Positions 9,685 through 19,797 of a stretch of DNA of 64,000 nt are shown one piece after another. Source of the DNA: an uncultured Nitrospina sp. GTDB taxonomy: Bacteria; Nitrospinota; Nitrospinia; Nitrospinales; VA-1. The stretch lies in contig CALAGQ010000039.1 of assembly GCA_937891765.1 (NCBI GenBank), positions 6,346-70,345 on the forward strand. Direction: 5' to 3'. A program made the translations under genes and the position numbers. How positions within the stretch are numbered: the first letter of the stretch is position 1; each line of letters starts with the position of its first letter. The notes beneath the pieces were generated by a model. It worked only from the letters and a program-made list of their open reading frames with translations. It was not told the origin of the DNA and made no database searches.

Positions 9685-9975
9685 ATGGTCAAACACATTG
9701 TTATGTTCAAGCTGGCAGAAAAGACCGAGGAAAACCTGAGTCAGGCCATGGCGACCCTCAACAGCCTGAAGGGAAATATCGAGACCTTGAAATTTTTAGA
9801 GCTGGGAACCGATTTTTTAGGCTCCGAAAGAAGCTATGATATCGTTCTTACCGCTTTTTTTGATGATTGTGAGGGTTTAAAAGCATATGCGGGCCATAAA
9901 AACCATTTACCCGTTGTGGATAAAATGCGTTCACTCTGCTCTTCATCCGTTGTTGTGGACTATGAAACGGAGTAA
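9685..9975 (+). CDS. Dabb (stress-responsive alpha/beta barrel) family protein
   Basis: 96 aa. MVKHIVMFKL...GHKNHLPV pattern, with length typical of the Dabb domain. Confidence 0.75.
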   Translation: MVKHIVMFKLAEKTEENLSQAMATLNSLKGNIETLKFLELGTDFLGSERSYDIVLTAFFDDCEGLKAYAGHKNHLPVVDKMRSLCSSSVVVDYETE

Positions 9976-10159
9976 CGTTGGTTTTTGCAGTGGAAAGCAA
10001 TTTTTTATGCCATCTGGGCAAATAAATTGTTGTACTTTTTTTTCCCAAATGCTAAGGTTCAAGGAATTTTTATCCAGCCATGGGTAAAATGTAAAGATTT
10101 TTGAGTTACCTGCCCGAATGTGTTCAATATAGGGTTCCCTAGTTATAGGAGATTCGGCA

Positions 10160-10864
10160 ATGGCAACGAAAAAAAAGGCCGCAAAAAAGAAGACTTCTGC
10201 AAAGAAGAAGGTTACGACTAAAAAGAAAGCCCCGGCCAAAAAGAAAATCGTAAAAAAGAAGACTTCCACAAAGAAGAAAGCTGCGCCTAAAAAGAAAGCA
10301 ACAGCTAAAAAGAAAGTAACGGCTAAGAAATCCGTGAAACCTGCAAAAAAGTCAGTTAAGAAGGCCGTTACAAAAAAAACTGTGGCAAAAAAAGCGCCAA
10401 AAAAAAAGAAGGCCACGGCTTCACCCGCAAAATCCGCATCAACCAAAAAGAAAACCAATAGTTCAAAAGCCAGTATTAAACCAGGCAAGTTGCGCCTGGT
10501 CCGACAGGAACACCCTGAACTGGATCCCGCGGTTCTTAAAATCCGTGAGCGCCTTATTGAAAACCGTGGCGAATTGTTGAAATTGATTCAGGCTTCACAG
10601 TCAGTGGAACGCGATGCTGGAGATTTGACATTCAGCAACGAAATTGACCTTGCCTCAAGCCTTGAGGGGAGAGAAATGATTTTTCAATTGACCAGCAGAG
10701 ACCGCAAAGAGCTTAAGTTAATTGAAGAGGCGTTGTTCAGAATAAACAACGGTAGTTACGGGGAATGTGAATCCTGCGAAAAGAAGATCACCTTGAAACG
10801 TCTGCAAATTATGCCGTTGACCACTTTATGCATTGAGTGCCAGGAAGCCGCCGAAAACCTTTAA
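10160..10864 (+). CDS. DksA/TraR C4 zinc-finger regulator with ~110-aa Lys/Ala-rich histone-H1-like N-terminus
   Basis: The C-terminal half aligns with DksA (coiled coil, then CESCEKKITLKRLQIMPLTTLCIEC). The N-terminal half is KKKxxAKKK-type low complexity. Confidence 0.8.
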   Translation: MATKKKAAKKKTSAKKKVTTKKKAPAKKKIVKKKTSTKKKAAPKKKATAKKKVTAKKSVKPAKKSVKKAVTKKTVAKKAPKKKKATASPAKSASTKKKTNSSKASIKPGKLRLVRQEHPELDPAVLKIRERLIENRGELLKLIQASQSVERDAGDLTFSNEIDLASSLEGREMIFQLTSRDRKELKLIEEALFRINNGSYGECESCEKKITLKRLQIMPLTTLCIECQEAAENL

Positions 10865-10872
10865 CTGCGCCT

Positions 10873-13434
10873 TTACTTGCCATGGCACTTTTTGTATTTC
10901 TTACCACTCCCACAAGGGCAAGGGTCGTTCCGGCCAACTTTCTCTTCGTCGCGCCGAACCGTTACCTGCTTTTCTGAAGTCTCTGAGGCTCCCCGGTGCT
11001 CCACAACCCGCTGAGGCTTGCTGGTCAGTTCCTCTGGCATTTCCACTTCCTGATTAACCTGAACCTTGAATAAGTATTCCGTGGTTTCTTCTTTGATACG
11101 TGCCATCATGTTACTGAACAGATCAAACCCTTCCTTCTTATATTCTGTCAGAGGATTTTTCTGGGCATAACCCCGCAGACCGATCCCTTCCTTGAGATGA
11201 TCCATTCCCAACAGGTGGTCTTTCCAGAGTGAATCCAGAATCTGAAGCATGATGACTTTTTCAACGTGCCGCATGAACTCAGGATCAATGCCTGCCTCCT
11301 TGGCTTCATAGGCCTGGGTCACTGCCTCCATGACGGCATCATGAAGCTTTTCTCTGTTGCAGTGTTCCAACTCCAGCTTTGTGTTTCCTTGAAGGAGCAG
11401 TTCATGCTCAGCAGATTTTTCGATGTGAACCGCAAACTGTCTTTCCAGCAAATCGTTCAAAGCTTCAATGTCCCACTCTTCCGGATATATCTTTTCAGGG
11501 GCGATACCAGCCAGGGCAGCATCCACCACCTCATCCGCCATATCCAGCAGGATTTCTTTCGCATTTTCCGTATTGATGATTTCCCGGCGCAATGCATAAA
11601 GAACCTCCCTTTGGCGATTCATGACATCGTCATATTCCAGAAGGTGTTTGCGTATATCAAAATTATGGGCTTCTACTTTTCTCTGTGCATTGGCAACCGC
11701 TTTTGAGATCATGGCATGCTCAATGGGCTGACCATTTTCCATTCCCAATCGAGCCATCAGAGGAGAAATTTTATCCGACCCGAAAATGCGCAGTAAATCG
11801 TCCTCAAGGCTAAGATAAAAGCGGGAAGACCCTTTATCCCCCTGTCTTCCAGAACGACCCCGCAACTGGTTATCAATGCGTCGGCTTTCATGACGTTCGG
11901 TTCCGAGAATATGCAGGCCGCCCAACTCCGGGACGCCCTCGCCCAAAACAATATCCGTGCCCCGTCCGGCCATATTTGTCGCAATGGTCACGGCTCCAGG
12001 TTGCCCGGCCTCTGCTATAATCTCGGCCTCCTGTTCATGATGCTTTGCATTCAAAACACTATGTTTGATGCCAGTTTTCTTCAGCTTCTTGCTCAAAAGC
12101 TCTGATCTTTCGATGGATATCGTACCCACCAAGACGGGTCTTTTTATCGCATTCAATTCCCGGATCTCTTCGATGGCGGCGTCAAATTTTTCCATTTCTG
12201 TTCTGTAAATCAGGTCCGGATAATCTTCCCGAATCATGGGCCGGTTGGTAGGAACGACAACGACTTCGAGTTTATAAATCGAGCTGAATTCTTCCGCTTC
12301 TGTATCTGCCGTTCCGGTCATGCCTGCCAGTTTTTCATACATGCGAAAATAGTTTTGAAAGGTAATGCTTGCGAGGGTCTGGTTTTCGTTTTCAATTTTT
12401 ACGCCCTCTTTCGCCTCCAAAGCCTGATGCAGTCCATCACTGTAACGCCTTCCCGACATCATGCGACCGGTGAACTCGTCGATAATGACGACTTCTCCAT
12501 CCTTCACCACATAGTCCACTTCATTCTTGAACAACCCATGCGCTTTAACCGCCTGGTTAAGACAATGAAGTGTTTCAATATTGATCGGATCGTACAGGTT
12601 CTCTATATTCAATAATTTTTCCATGAGGACAATGCCCTCTTCCGTCAAGGCAGCGCTCTTAGCCTTTTCATCAACCAGATAATGCTCGTCTTTTTTCAGC
12701 TTGGGAACAAGCTGGTTCACCGTATAATATTTATCTGTCGATTCCTCTGCCTGACCAGAAATGATCAAAGGAGTACGGGCTTCATCGATCAAAATACTGT
12801 CGACCTCATCCACAATGGCAAAATTCAGTTCGCGCTGAACCATTTGCTCTTTCGAGAACTTCATATTGTCCCGAAGAAAGTCGAACCCAAATTCATTATT
12901 GGTGCCATAAAGCACATCTGCGGCGTAAGCGGCCTTTCTATCACTCTCAGAAATATCGTGATAGATCATGCCCACGGATAAGCCTAGAAACGTGTAGATC
13001 TTGCCCATCCACGCGCTGTCACGGGTAGCCAGATAGTCGTTGACCGTCACAACATGCACGCCCTTTCCCGTCAAGGAATTCAGGTAAACTGGAAAGGTCG
13101 CCATCAGGGTTTTTCCTTCACCGGTTTTCATTTCTGCTATTTTGCCTTCATGCAGAACCACTCCGCCTATAATCTGCACATCAAAATGACGCATTGCAAG
13201 CGTCCTCCAACTGGCTTCGCGGACCACTGCAAATGCCTCGGGCAGAATCTCTTCCAAAGTAGCACCGTTAGCTAGTTTGTCTTTCAGTTCAGGGGTTTTG
13301 GCTTTGAGTTGGTCGTCAGAAAGCGCCTTGATCTCATCTTCCAATGCGTTCACCGCACCCACATAGCTCTGAATCCGCTTAACCTCGCGGTCATTACGGG
13401 TACCCACTAATTTTTTGATTAAACCAAGTACCAT
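10873..13434 (-). CDS. secA: Preprotein translocase ATPase SecA
   Basis: 853 aa with [28 protein letters not shown] and the C-terminal zinc motif [14 protein letters not shown]. Confidence 0.97.
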   Translation of the reverse strand: MVLGLIKKLVGTRNDREVKRIQSYVGAVNALEDEIKALSDDQLKAKTPELKDKLANGATLEEILPEAFAVVREASWRTLAMRHFDVQIIGGVVLHEGKIAEMKTGEGKTLMATFPVYLNSLTGKGVHVVTVNDYLATRDSAWMGKIYTFLGLSVGMIYHDISESDRKAAYAADVLYGTNNEFGFDFLRDNMKFSKEQMVQRELNFAIVDEVDSILIDEARTPLIISGQAEESTDKYYTVNQLVPKLKKDEHYLVDEKAKSAALTEEGIVLMEKLLNIENLYDPINIETLHCLNQAVKAHGLFKNEVDYVVKDGEVVIIDEFTGRMMSGRRYSDGLHQALEAKEGVKIENENQTLASITFQNYFRMYEKLAGMTGTADTEAEEFSSIYKLEVVVVPTNRPMIREDYPDLIYRTEMEKFDAAIEEIRELNAIKRPVLVGTISIERSELLSKKLKKTGIKHSVLNAKHHEQEAEIIAEAGQPGAVTIATNMAGRGTDIVLGEGVPELGGLHILGTERHESRRIDNQLRGRSGRQGDKGSSRFYLSLEDDLLRIFGSDKISPLMARLGMENGQPIEHAMISKAVANAQRKVEAHNFDIRKHLLEYDDVMNRQREVLYALRREIINTENAKEILLDMADEVVDAALAGIAPEKIYPEEWDIEALNDLLERQFAVHIEKSAEHELLLQGNTKLELEHCNREKLHDAVMEAVTQAYEAKEAGIDPEFMRHVEKVIMLQILDSLWKDHLLGMDHLKEGIGLRGYAQKNPLTEYKKEGFDLFSNMMARIKEETTEYLFKVQVNQEVEMPEELTSKPQRVVEHRGASETSEKQVTVRRDEEKVGRNDPCPCGSGKKYKKCHGK

Positions 13435-13605
13435 CTCAAATCCTGAATATTAATTTATAATTTGGAAGCAACACAGGGAATCTCAGACCCTGGCCATTAA
13501 GGCCAAACCCTAGCTTGTTTAGGATGCATACAGAAAAGTTCGGGGTATCGGGTGGGGAAAAAGGCGGCTCGAAACCTGGCGACTCAATGATCGCCAAAGG
13601 GCAAC

Positions 13606-14568
13606 CTATTCTTCTAAAATATAGTTCTTGGGACTGACCGGCACACCGTTGAGCAACACTTCATAATGGAGATGAGGCCCGGTGCTCCGCCCGGTATTTC
13701 CAACCAGCGAAACTACTTGCCCTCGCTTAATACGGTCACCCACTTTAACCAGATGTTTGGAGTTGTGACCATAACGGGTAACAATGCCATAACCATGGTC
13801 GATCTCAACCAGGTTTCCATAGCCATACTCTCTTCCCTCAACGACCACCACACCATCCGCCGTAGCACGCACAGAAGCCCCGCTTCGGGCCGCAATATCC
13901 CAACCTTCATGCTTTTCCCTTAAACCTGTAAAGGGAGATTTTCGAAAACCAAAGTTGGAAGTCACCCAACCACGAGTCGGCCAGATTGAAGGGGTTGAAG
14001 AAAGAAAAGATTTTTGATTCTTAAAGAAATCATCCAGCTCCTGAAAGCTGATACTCTGAATTCTAGCCTGTCTACCTAAATGATCTAGTCCATTAGATAA
14101 ACGATCCACCATGCCAGCCGCGCCTCTACCCATAGCCGTTGTGAAGCTATTAGTGCTCAATCCATAAGGCCCGCCAACACCCCAGTTTTTCTCAACCGAT
14201 TTGGGGGAATTTTCCAACGCCGTAATGACCCGAAGCTTTTTCTCAAAGCGATCCAGCCGAGCCATTTCTGTCTCAAAGTTTTTTACTTGCTGTGCAAATT
14301 TTTCCACCTGGATTTTGCGAATTTTCGAGTCTCGACGAAGTTCGACCAACTCGGTTTCGCTGCCTTGCAACCGCAAATATTGCTGGGCAAAATAAAACGC
14401 GGACCCCAGAAACCCTATTAAAACAACGAAAGATACCAAAGCAGCAAACTTTACAAAGCGTTTTGGCAGACGTAATTTTTTAGGGGAACCCGCCACTCCA
14501 GGAAAAACTACTATGGTTACTTCATCCTTGCCCACTTTGTCTCCTTGCCAGTGGTTAGAAATATGCAC
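13606..14568 (-). CDS. M23/LytM-family metallopeptidase with TM anchor and coiled coil
   Basis: C-terminal HEGWDIA, GYGNLVEIDHG and GNTGRSTGPHLHYEV. Confidence 0.85.
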   Translation of the reverse strand: MHISNHWQGDKVGKDEVTIVVFPGVAGSPKKLRLPKRFVKFAALVSFVVLIGFLGSAFYFAQQYLRLQGSETELVELRRDSKIRKIQVEKFAQQVKNFETEMARLDRFEKKLRVITALENSPKSVEKNWGVGGPYGLSTNSFTTAMGRGAAGMVDRLSNGLDHLGRQARIQSISFQELDDFFKNQKSFLSSTPSIWPTRGWVTSNFGFRKSPFTGLREKHEGWDIAARSGASVRATADGVVVVEGREYGYGNLVEIDHGYGIVTRYGHNSKHLVKVGDRIKRGQVVSLVGNTGRSTGPHLHYEVLLNGVPVSPKNYILEE

Positions 14569-14699
14569 AATCCTCTGAAGTCTATCGCTTAAACCCCTTA
14601 TTTGTCAATACTTAAATCGAGTCAAGCCGAAGACGAAATAAACACGAAAACCCTACCTTTCAATGCCTGTAAAAGTTTTTCTAAGCGCAGTTCTCAAAA

Positions 14700-15557
14700 C
14701 TAGTTCACAGATTTTATTTTCTCTCTCGCCTGAATATGATCCGGGTTGATCGACAACACCTGCCTGAAAAATTCCTGGCTCCTTTGGACATCCCCATTCT
14801 CCTCATGAAGCAGGCCAAGACTGAATAAGGCGGGCACCTGCCCATTAACATCATCAATTTGCCGGTAAATATTCAGCATTTTTTCAAAACCGGCAATCGC
14901 TCCGGTTAAATTCCCCTTGTCGTAATCACGAAATGCATTCTGTCGCATCGATCGGGCAAGGACCTTGCCATAGCCCCAAGCCAGCGGCCCCTCTTTCAAA
15001 GAATCATTGTATTCAGCTTCAAACCGTTGACCTTCACCCATCTCTTCAAAAATTTTCTTCAGGTTGAAAAAAAACATCAACTCTTTCGGGTTGGTTCGAA
15101 TCGCGATTCGCACTTTTTCCAACGCTTCCTGAAAGTGTTTACCGTTAACAAGAGAAGCCGCCCAATTATTCCAAGCCAGGCCATTCTCCGGGTCCATTTC
15201 TATCGCCCGCTTAAATAGCTCTTCGGCTTTTTGATCTTCATCCTTTACATAATGCAGATAGCCCAAGGCATACCAAACTGCGGAAGAATTTTCGTGAGAT
15301 TGGCGGTATTCATTCAAAAATTTATCTGCCTCGTCAAGCGCCCCCACCGTATTCCAGGCCTTCACCATATTGCGAAAAATATAACCGGGGTTGGCTTCAT
15401 CCTTTAAAATCGATTTATAAATTTCCAGGGCTTCTTTAAACTTCCCCTGAGAAAAATAAAAATCGGCTTTAGCTTTTGCTGGCAACTGAAAACTATCGGA
15501 ATGCGGTTGCGCCTCTGCGCTCAAAGAACCCAAAAATACCAGCAAAAAACAAACCAT
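14700..15557 (-). CDS. Secreted TPR-repeat protein
   Basis: ORF 14700..15647. Start moved to ATG 15557 (MVCFLLVFLGSLSAEA signal peptide) to remove a 47-nt overlap with dnaB. Repeated TPR-like A/Y/W spacing. Confidence 0.7.
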   Translation of the reverse strand: MVCFLLVFLGSLSAEAQPHSDSFQLPAKAKADFYFSQGKFKEALEIYKSILKDEANPGYIFRNMVKAWNTVGALDEADKFLNEYRQSHENSSAVWYALGYLHYVKDEDQKAEELFKRAIEMDPENGLAWNNWAASLVNGKHFQEALEKVRIAIRTNPKELMFFFNLKKIFEEMGEGQRFEAEYNDSLKEGPLAWGYGKVLARSMRQNAFRDYDKGNLTGAIAGFEKMLNIYRQIDDVNGQVPALFSLGLLHEENGDVQRSQEFFRQVLSINPDHIQAREKIKSVN

Positions 15558-15600
15558 GGACTTGATTAAAGTCCCTTTATTTTGTGAGGAAAACTTACGA

Positions 15601-16992
15601 TTAAAAGGCAGGTTCAAAGTCTGAAGAATCCGCTTCGGGTGGAACATCTACGCGGGCGCTTCTATCATAGAAGCGTGTGTACTGGTTTTCAAAGTGCAAG
15701 AGTGCCTCCCCGATGGGACCATTTCTTTGTTTACGAATCAGGATTTCCGTTTTACCCGGGTCGTCCGATTCGGGGTTGTATACAATATCGCGGTAAATAA
15801 ACATGACCACATCTGCATCCTGCTCAATGGAACCCGATTCCCGAAGATCCGACAAGAGCGGCCGTTTATCCGTCCGACTCTCAACAGCACGGCTCAACTG
15901 GGAAAGAGCTATTATCGGAGCACTTATCTCTTTGGCCAGAGCTTTGAGCCCTCTGGATATTTCCGAGACTTCCAGTTGCCGACTCTCGGTATTGCCTCGC
16001 CCATGCATCAATTGCATATAGTCGACAATGATCAATCCCAGAGGTACTTCAGCAGCGAGCCTGCGGGCACGGGCGCGTATATCCAAAACCGACAAAGCCG
16101 GGCTGTCGTCGATGAACAATTGCGCCTCCGCAAGTTCCCTACCAGCGTCATGCACTTTAGGCCAATCACTCTTGGCCAGATAACCGGTACGGACTTTTGA
16201 AGAGTCCACCTGTGCCTTGGAGCACAAAAGTCGCATCCCTAATTGTTCCTTGGACATTTCGAGACTGAAAAAAGCTGTGGGGATTTTTTTATTTAAAGAC
16301 ACATAACGGGCAATATCCAGAGCGAAACTGGTTTTACCCATACTGGGCCGTGCTGCCAGAATGATCAAATCGGACTTTTGAAAACCGGCTGTCATGTTAT
16401 CCAAATCGGAAAACCCCGAAGGCACGCCGGTAACCATTCCTGGTTGCTGGGCAAGTTTTTCCAGATCCGACAAACCCTGCTTAACAATCTCGGGCAGTTT
16501 GAAAAAGCTGGGTTTGGTTCTTTTTTCGGAAATTTCGAAAATGGACTGCTCGGCTTTATCAAGCAGGGTGTCCACGTCATCGCTGTCGCTGTAGCTACTG
16601 GAAACAATTTCTGTCGCGGTTTGAATCAGGTCACGGAGGATTTTTTTTTCGCGGAGGATTTTAGCATGGTGAACCACCGCCGTAGAGGTGGGCACAAAAT
16701 CTTCAAGAAGAGTCAGGTATTCGATTCCCCCAACTTCTTCCAACTCATTTTTTCTTTTGAGCTTGTCTGCCAATGCGAGAACGTCTATCGGCTCATTGCC
16801 TTCGAACTGTTCCCGCATTACAGAGAATATTTTTTTATGGGTGGACTTGTAAAAGTCCTCCGCACTCAGAATTTCAAGAGCTTTCGCAATCGCATCTTCT
16901 GAATGCAGACAGGCACCCAGAACACTCTGCTCCGCCTCCTTGTTATAAGGAGGCAATTTGTTCAGAGAAATGTCGGTCAGGGCATCAGCCAT
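15601..16992 (-). CDS. dnaB: Replicative DNA helicase DnaB
   Basis: 463 aa with Walker A ARPSMGKT, IIVDYMQLM and SQLSRAVE. No intein. Confidence 0.95.
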   Translation of the reverse strand: MADALTDISLNKLPPYNKEAEQSVLGACLHSEDAIAKALEILSAEDFYKSTHKKIFSVMREQFEGNEPIDVLALADKLKRKNELEEVGGIEYLTLLEDFVPTSTAVVHHAKILREKKILRDLIQTATEIVSSSYSDSDDVDTLLDKAEQSIFEISEKRTKPSFFKLPEIVKQGLSDLEKLAQQPGMVTGVPSGFSDLDNMTAGFQKSDLIILAARPSMGKTSFALDIARYVSLNKKIPTAFFSLEMSKEQLGMRLLCSKAQVDSSKVRTGYLAKSDWPKVHDAGRELAEAQLFIDDSPALSVLDIRARARRLAAEVPLGLIIVDYMQLMHGRGNTESRQLEVSEISRGLKALAKEISAPIIALSQLSRAVESRTDKRPLLSDLRESGSIEQDADVVMFIYRDIVYNPESDDPGKTEILIRKQRNGPIGEALLHFENQYTRFYDRSARVDVPPEADSSDFEPAF

Positions 16993-17012
16993 AATTCTTT
17001 CAGGGTAAAGCT

Positions 17013-17543
17013 CTATTCTTCTACTTTAGCTTCCTGTTCAACATCCTGTTCAACTTCAGGGGCAGCGGTTTCAACGGGTGCCGCAGTTTCTGTAGCTTCC
17101 TGCTCACCTTCAACAATGAGTTTGATTTCCCCTGTCACTTCCGAATGAAGTTTTACGGGAATTTTATATTCACCGGCTTTTTTAATGGGCTCGGCAATCT
17201 GAATTTTACGCCGATCAATATCCACACCCTGGCCTTTGAGCAAATCAGCAACTTCCTGAGCTGTCACCGAACCAAACATCTTTCCAGTATCGCCAACCTT
17301 TTTCGTAACCGTGCAGGTCACCTTTGCAATTTCATCCGCAATAGCCTGAGCTGCGGCGATAACCTTTGTCACTTTGCCCTGGACCACGCGTTTCTGATGA
17401 TTAAAAGCTTTAAGGTTATTAGGGGTCGCAAGCAAAGCTTTACCCTTGGGGATCAGGAAGTTTCTTCCATATCCGTCTTTAACTTCAACCTCATCACCAC
17501 AAAATCCGAGGCCATCCACATCTTCTTTCAACAACAGTTTCAT
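17013..17543 (-). CDS. rplI: 50S ribosomal protein L9 (acidic C-terminal extension)
   Basis: MKLLLKEDVDGLGFCGDEVEVKDGYGRNFLIPKGKA, in an rpsR-rplI-dnaB context. Confidence 0.95.
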   Translation of the reverse strand: MKLLLKEDVDGLGFCGDEVEVKDGYGRNFLIPKGKALLATPNNLKAFNHQKRVVQGKVTKVIAAAQAIADEIAKVTCTVTKKVGDTGKMFGSVTAQEVADLLKGQGVDIDRRKIQIAEPIKKAGEYKIPVKLHSEVTGEIKLIVEGEQEATETAAPVETAAPEVEQDVEQEAKVEE

Positions 17544-17574
17544 AAGTTTTCCTTTCCTGAGGATCAGAGTGTTT

Positions 17575-18516
17575 TTAACTTATCTCGGTTCTCAGTTTTC
17601 TGAAATCCACCCAGATGTCAAACACGCCGAACCCGGCCACCAATCCAATTAAAAGAGGTTGCACAAAAATTAATATAAAAAGAACAAACCAAAAGAAAGT
17701 CGGGACCTTCCTGACTTTCAAAAAATGAACAACAATGCTGAGCCCCTGGGCAAAATAGATGCAAAGCATCACCAGAAAAACATTGAGTCCAGCATCTGCA
17801 ACCATGCCCTGCCCCAGAAACAAAGCCGCTCCCGACAATATGAAACCCCAGACCAAGGTTTCTGGACAAATCCATTGGGAGAATGCTCTCCCCGAAAACA
17901 GGCCCGGCCCATAAAGCCGTATCCATGCGATTCTCACCAATGCGTAATTGGCTGCAGCACCAATCAAAGATCCGATCAACAAAAAGGCCGGATAAGACGC
18001 CGCAAAACCCTCGGCGGCCCGTTCCGCAAATGCCTTCATCTCCGCGACCTGGGCTTTGTCCTCGCCCATGGACTCGAAAGCATCCATCGACTGGGAAAAA
18101 TGAGCGCGCACTTGCTTCTCAAAGAATTCTTTAGTCGAAATATCCTGATCGCCAAATAAGGCCACCAAGAGAACGATCGATACGAAACCCGATGCCAAAG
18201 CACTGATAGCGATGCACCGGTCTCCCGGCAACTGGATTCGGATCATCTCTCCCAGCACCACAGCCATCAGCGCATACTCGGCCAAAAACAACATGGCCTG
18301 ATTAATCCCAATCAGTAAAAGAAGCACCGCAAAAACCAACGCTACCAAAGCAATGCCCGTCTGCCTGCCTCTCTGCAAGTAAACGAAAACGAGAGGGAAA
18401 GGAGATAAAACCCCGATCAATGCCCCCAATGGCGGAAACACCATCAAAGCAAAAAATAGCGCAAAAACCAGAACTACAGGTACCATCAGGTTTTTGGGTG
18501 GTGACGACTCAGCCAA
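17575..18516 (-). CDS. Polytopic membrane protein (DUF2232/YybS-like position)
   Basis: About 8 hydrophobic segments. It occupies the slot between rpsR and rplI where DUF2232 genes are found in many bacteria. TTG start at 18516, or ATG at 18486. Confidence 0.65.
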   Translation of the reverse strand: MAESSPPKNLMVPVVLVFALFFALMVFPPLGALIGVLSPFPLVFVYLQRGRQTGIALVALVFAVLLLLIGINQAMLFLAEYALMAVVLGEMIRIQLPGDRCIAISALASGFVSIVLLVALFGDQDISTKEFFEKQVRAHFSQSMDAFESMGEDKAQVAEMKAFAERAAEGFAASYPAFLLIGSLIGAAANYALVRIAWIRLYGPGLFSGRAFSQWICPETLVWGFILSGAALFLGQGMVADAGLNVFLVMLCIYFAQGLSIVVHFLKVRKVPTFFWFVLFILIFVQPLLIGLVAGFGVFDIWVDFRKLRTEIS

Positions 18517-18518
18517 GT

Positions 18519-18761
18519 CTAATGCTCAACTGCAAACGGTAACAAGGCAATGTTTCTGGCTTTTTTGATCGCCCGGGTCAAAATTCTCTGACACTTGGCG
18601 CAATTTCCCGAAATACGTGAAGGCACGATCTTGCCTCTTTCAGAAATCAACGGTTTCAATGCCTTTATATCGTAAAAATCAATAAAAACCTTGCTCTGGT
18701 CGTCGTTGCAAAACCGGCAAATTTTTTGCGAAAAAAATGAACGTTTTTTTGTTTCTGGCAT
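18519..18761 (-). CDS. rpsR: 30S ribosomal protein S18
   Basis: [37 protein letters not shown]. Confidence 0.95.
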   Translation of the reverse strand: MPETKKRSFFSQKICRFCNDDQSKVFIDFYDIKALKPLISERGKIVPSRISGNCAKCQRILTRAIKKARNIALLPFAVEH

Positions 18762-18788
18762 AACACCCTTCTTTGTTTAGTTATTTTA

Positions 18789-19181
18789 TTAAAATGGAAT
18801 ATCGTCAGCGGCCGGGGCAGAAGTTGAGTCAGGATCCATACTCACTTTCTCTCCCTGACGCGTCAAGAACTGTACATTATTAGCGACCACTTCAAGCTTG
18901 CTTCGCTTCTGTCCGCCATCCGCTTCCCAAGTCTGATAGTTCAGTCGGCCTTCAAGGAAAACCAGGCTGCCTTTATTCAGGTATTGTGCGCAATTTTCAC
19001 CTTGCTTGGCCCAAACCGTGATATCGACAAAACAAACCTCGTCTTTCCATTCTTCGCCTTGCTTAAACTTGCGATTGACCGCCAAGCCAAAACTGGCAAC
19101 GGCCGCGCCACTTGCGGTATAACGAAGTTCCGGGTCCCTTGTCAGGTTGCCCATCAGAAGTACCTTGTTGAACGAAGCCAT
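18789..19181 (-). CDS. ssb: Single-stranded DNA-binding protein
   Basis: OB-fold N-terminus NKVLLMGNLTRDPELRYT and C-terminal acidic tip DDIPF. Confidence 0.95.
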   Translation of the reverse strand: MASFNKVLLMGNLTRDPELRYTASGAAVASFGLAVNRKFKQGEEWKDEVCFVDITVWAKQGENCAQYLNKGSLVFLEGRLNYQTWEADGGQKRSKLEVVANNVQFLTRQGEKVSMDPDSTSAPAADDIPF

Positions 19182-19208
19182 ATCAAATCCTTATTGTTAC
19201 TTTATTAA

Positions 19209-19622
19209 TTAAGAGTCTTCTTTCGCTTCGACTTTTTCAGTCTTTTCAGTCTTTTCACCTTCGGAAGTACTTTCCCCTTCCTCGGTTTCAGTTTCCCTGC
19301 CGAGGGCTCTTTCCAGCTCATCGTCTTCCAAGCGAAGCACCATATATTTGATGACCAGGTCGTACAGCTTGTATTTGGTTTCCAGATCGGTGACTTTGGC
19401 GGATTCAAGGGTGTGATAAATATTCAGGTAGATCCCGAATCTGTTTTTCTTTACCCGGTAAGCGAGGCGTTTTTTGCCCCAGTTTTCGATTTTAAGACAC
19501 GCTCCTCCGTTGCTCTTGATAAGCTCGCCTATTTTTTCCAAGGCTTCAGCAACACGTGCTTCGTCAATATCGGGTTTGAGAATCAGGACACTTTGGTAAG
19601 ATCGCAATGAATACCTCCTCAT
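19209..19622 (-). CDS. rpsF: 30S ribosomal protein S6 (acidic tail)
   Basis: YQSVLILKPD...IENWGKKRLAYRVKK, first gene of the rpsF-ssb-rpsR block. Confidence 0.95.
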   Translation of the reverse strand: MRRYSLRSYQSVLILKPDIDEARVAEALEKIGELIKSNGGACLKIENWGKKRLAYRVKKNRFGIYLNIYHTLESAKVTDLETKYKLYDLVIKYMVLRLEDDELERALGRETETEEGESTSEGEKTEKTEKVEAKEDS

Positions 19623-19797
19623 GGGTTAAGAATAGCCCCAGCATAAATCTGGAGCGAGGGGTTAAAACACGTATGATGGTTTTAACTAAACTTGTTTGTT
19701 CACTATATAATGAATTGAGTTCAAGTGAAAGGCGAATCTTTGCACAGTCGCCCAACAAAATCAAGGGATTTTCAAGCGGCCTGAACGGACGAATATC

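Noticed and set aside
9943-10488. 181-aa Phe-rich ORF on the minus strand.
   Set aside because: It is the mirror image of the AAG/AAA-rich Lys tract of the DksA-like gene (TTT/CTT codons). It has no SD and no domain, and the sense gene has a clear DksA C-terminus.
10160-10490. Repetitive DNA in the Lys-rich tract and the cheA 5' repeat (58218-58391), considered as possible CRISPR or minisatellite arrays.
   Set aside because: Both are in-frame coding repeats with no spacer/repeat architecture. No CRISPR-like array exists anywhere in the window.
13540-13605. Possible reverse-oriented partial copy of the repeat family downstream of the M23 peptidase gene (ttgcc...attgagtc on the minus strand).
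   Set aside because: Only two short blocks match, and the rest does not align. This is too weak to call by eye.
14600-14699. Possible degenerate repeat copy (tcgagtcaagccgaagac ... aaaagttt).
   Set aside because: The core match is partial, the spacing differs, and the flanking hairpins are absent.
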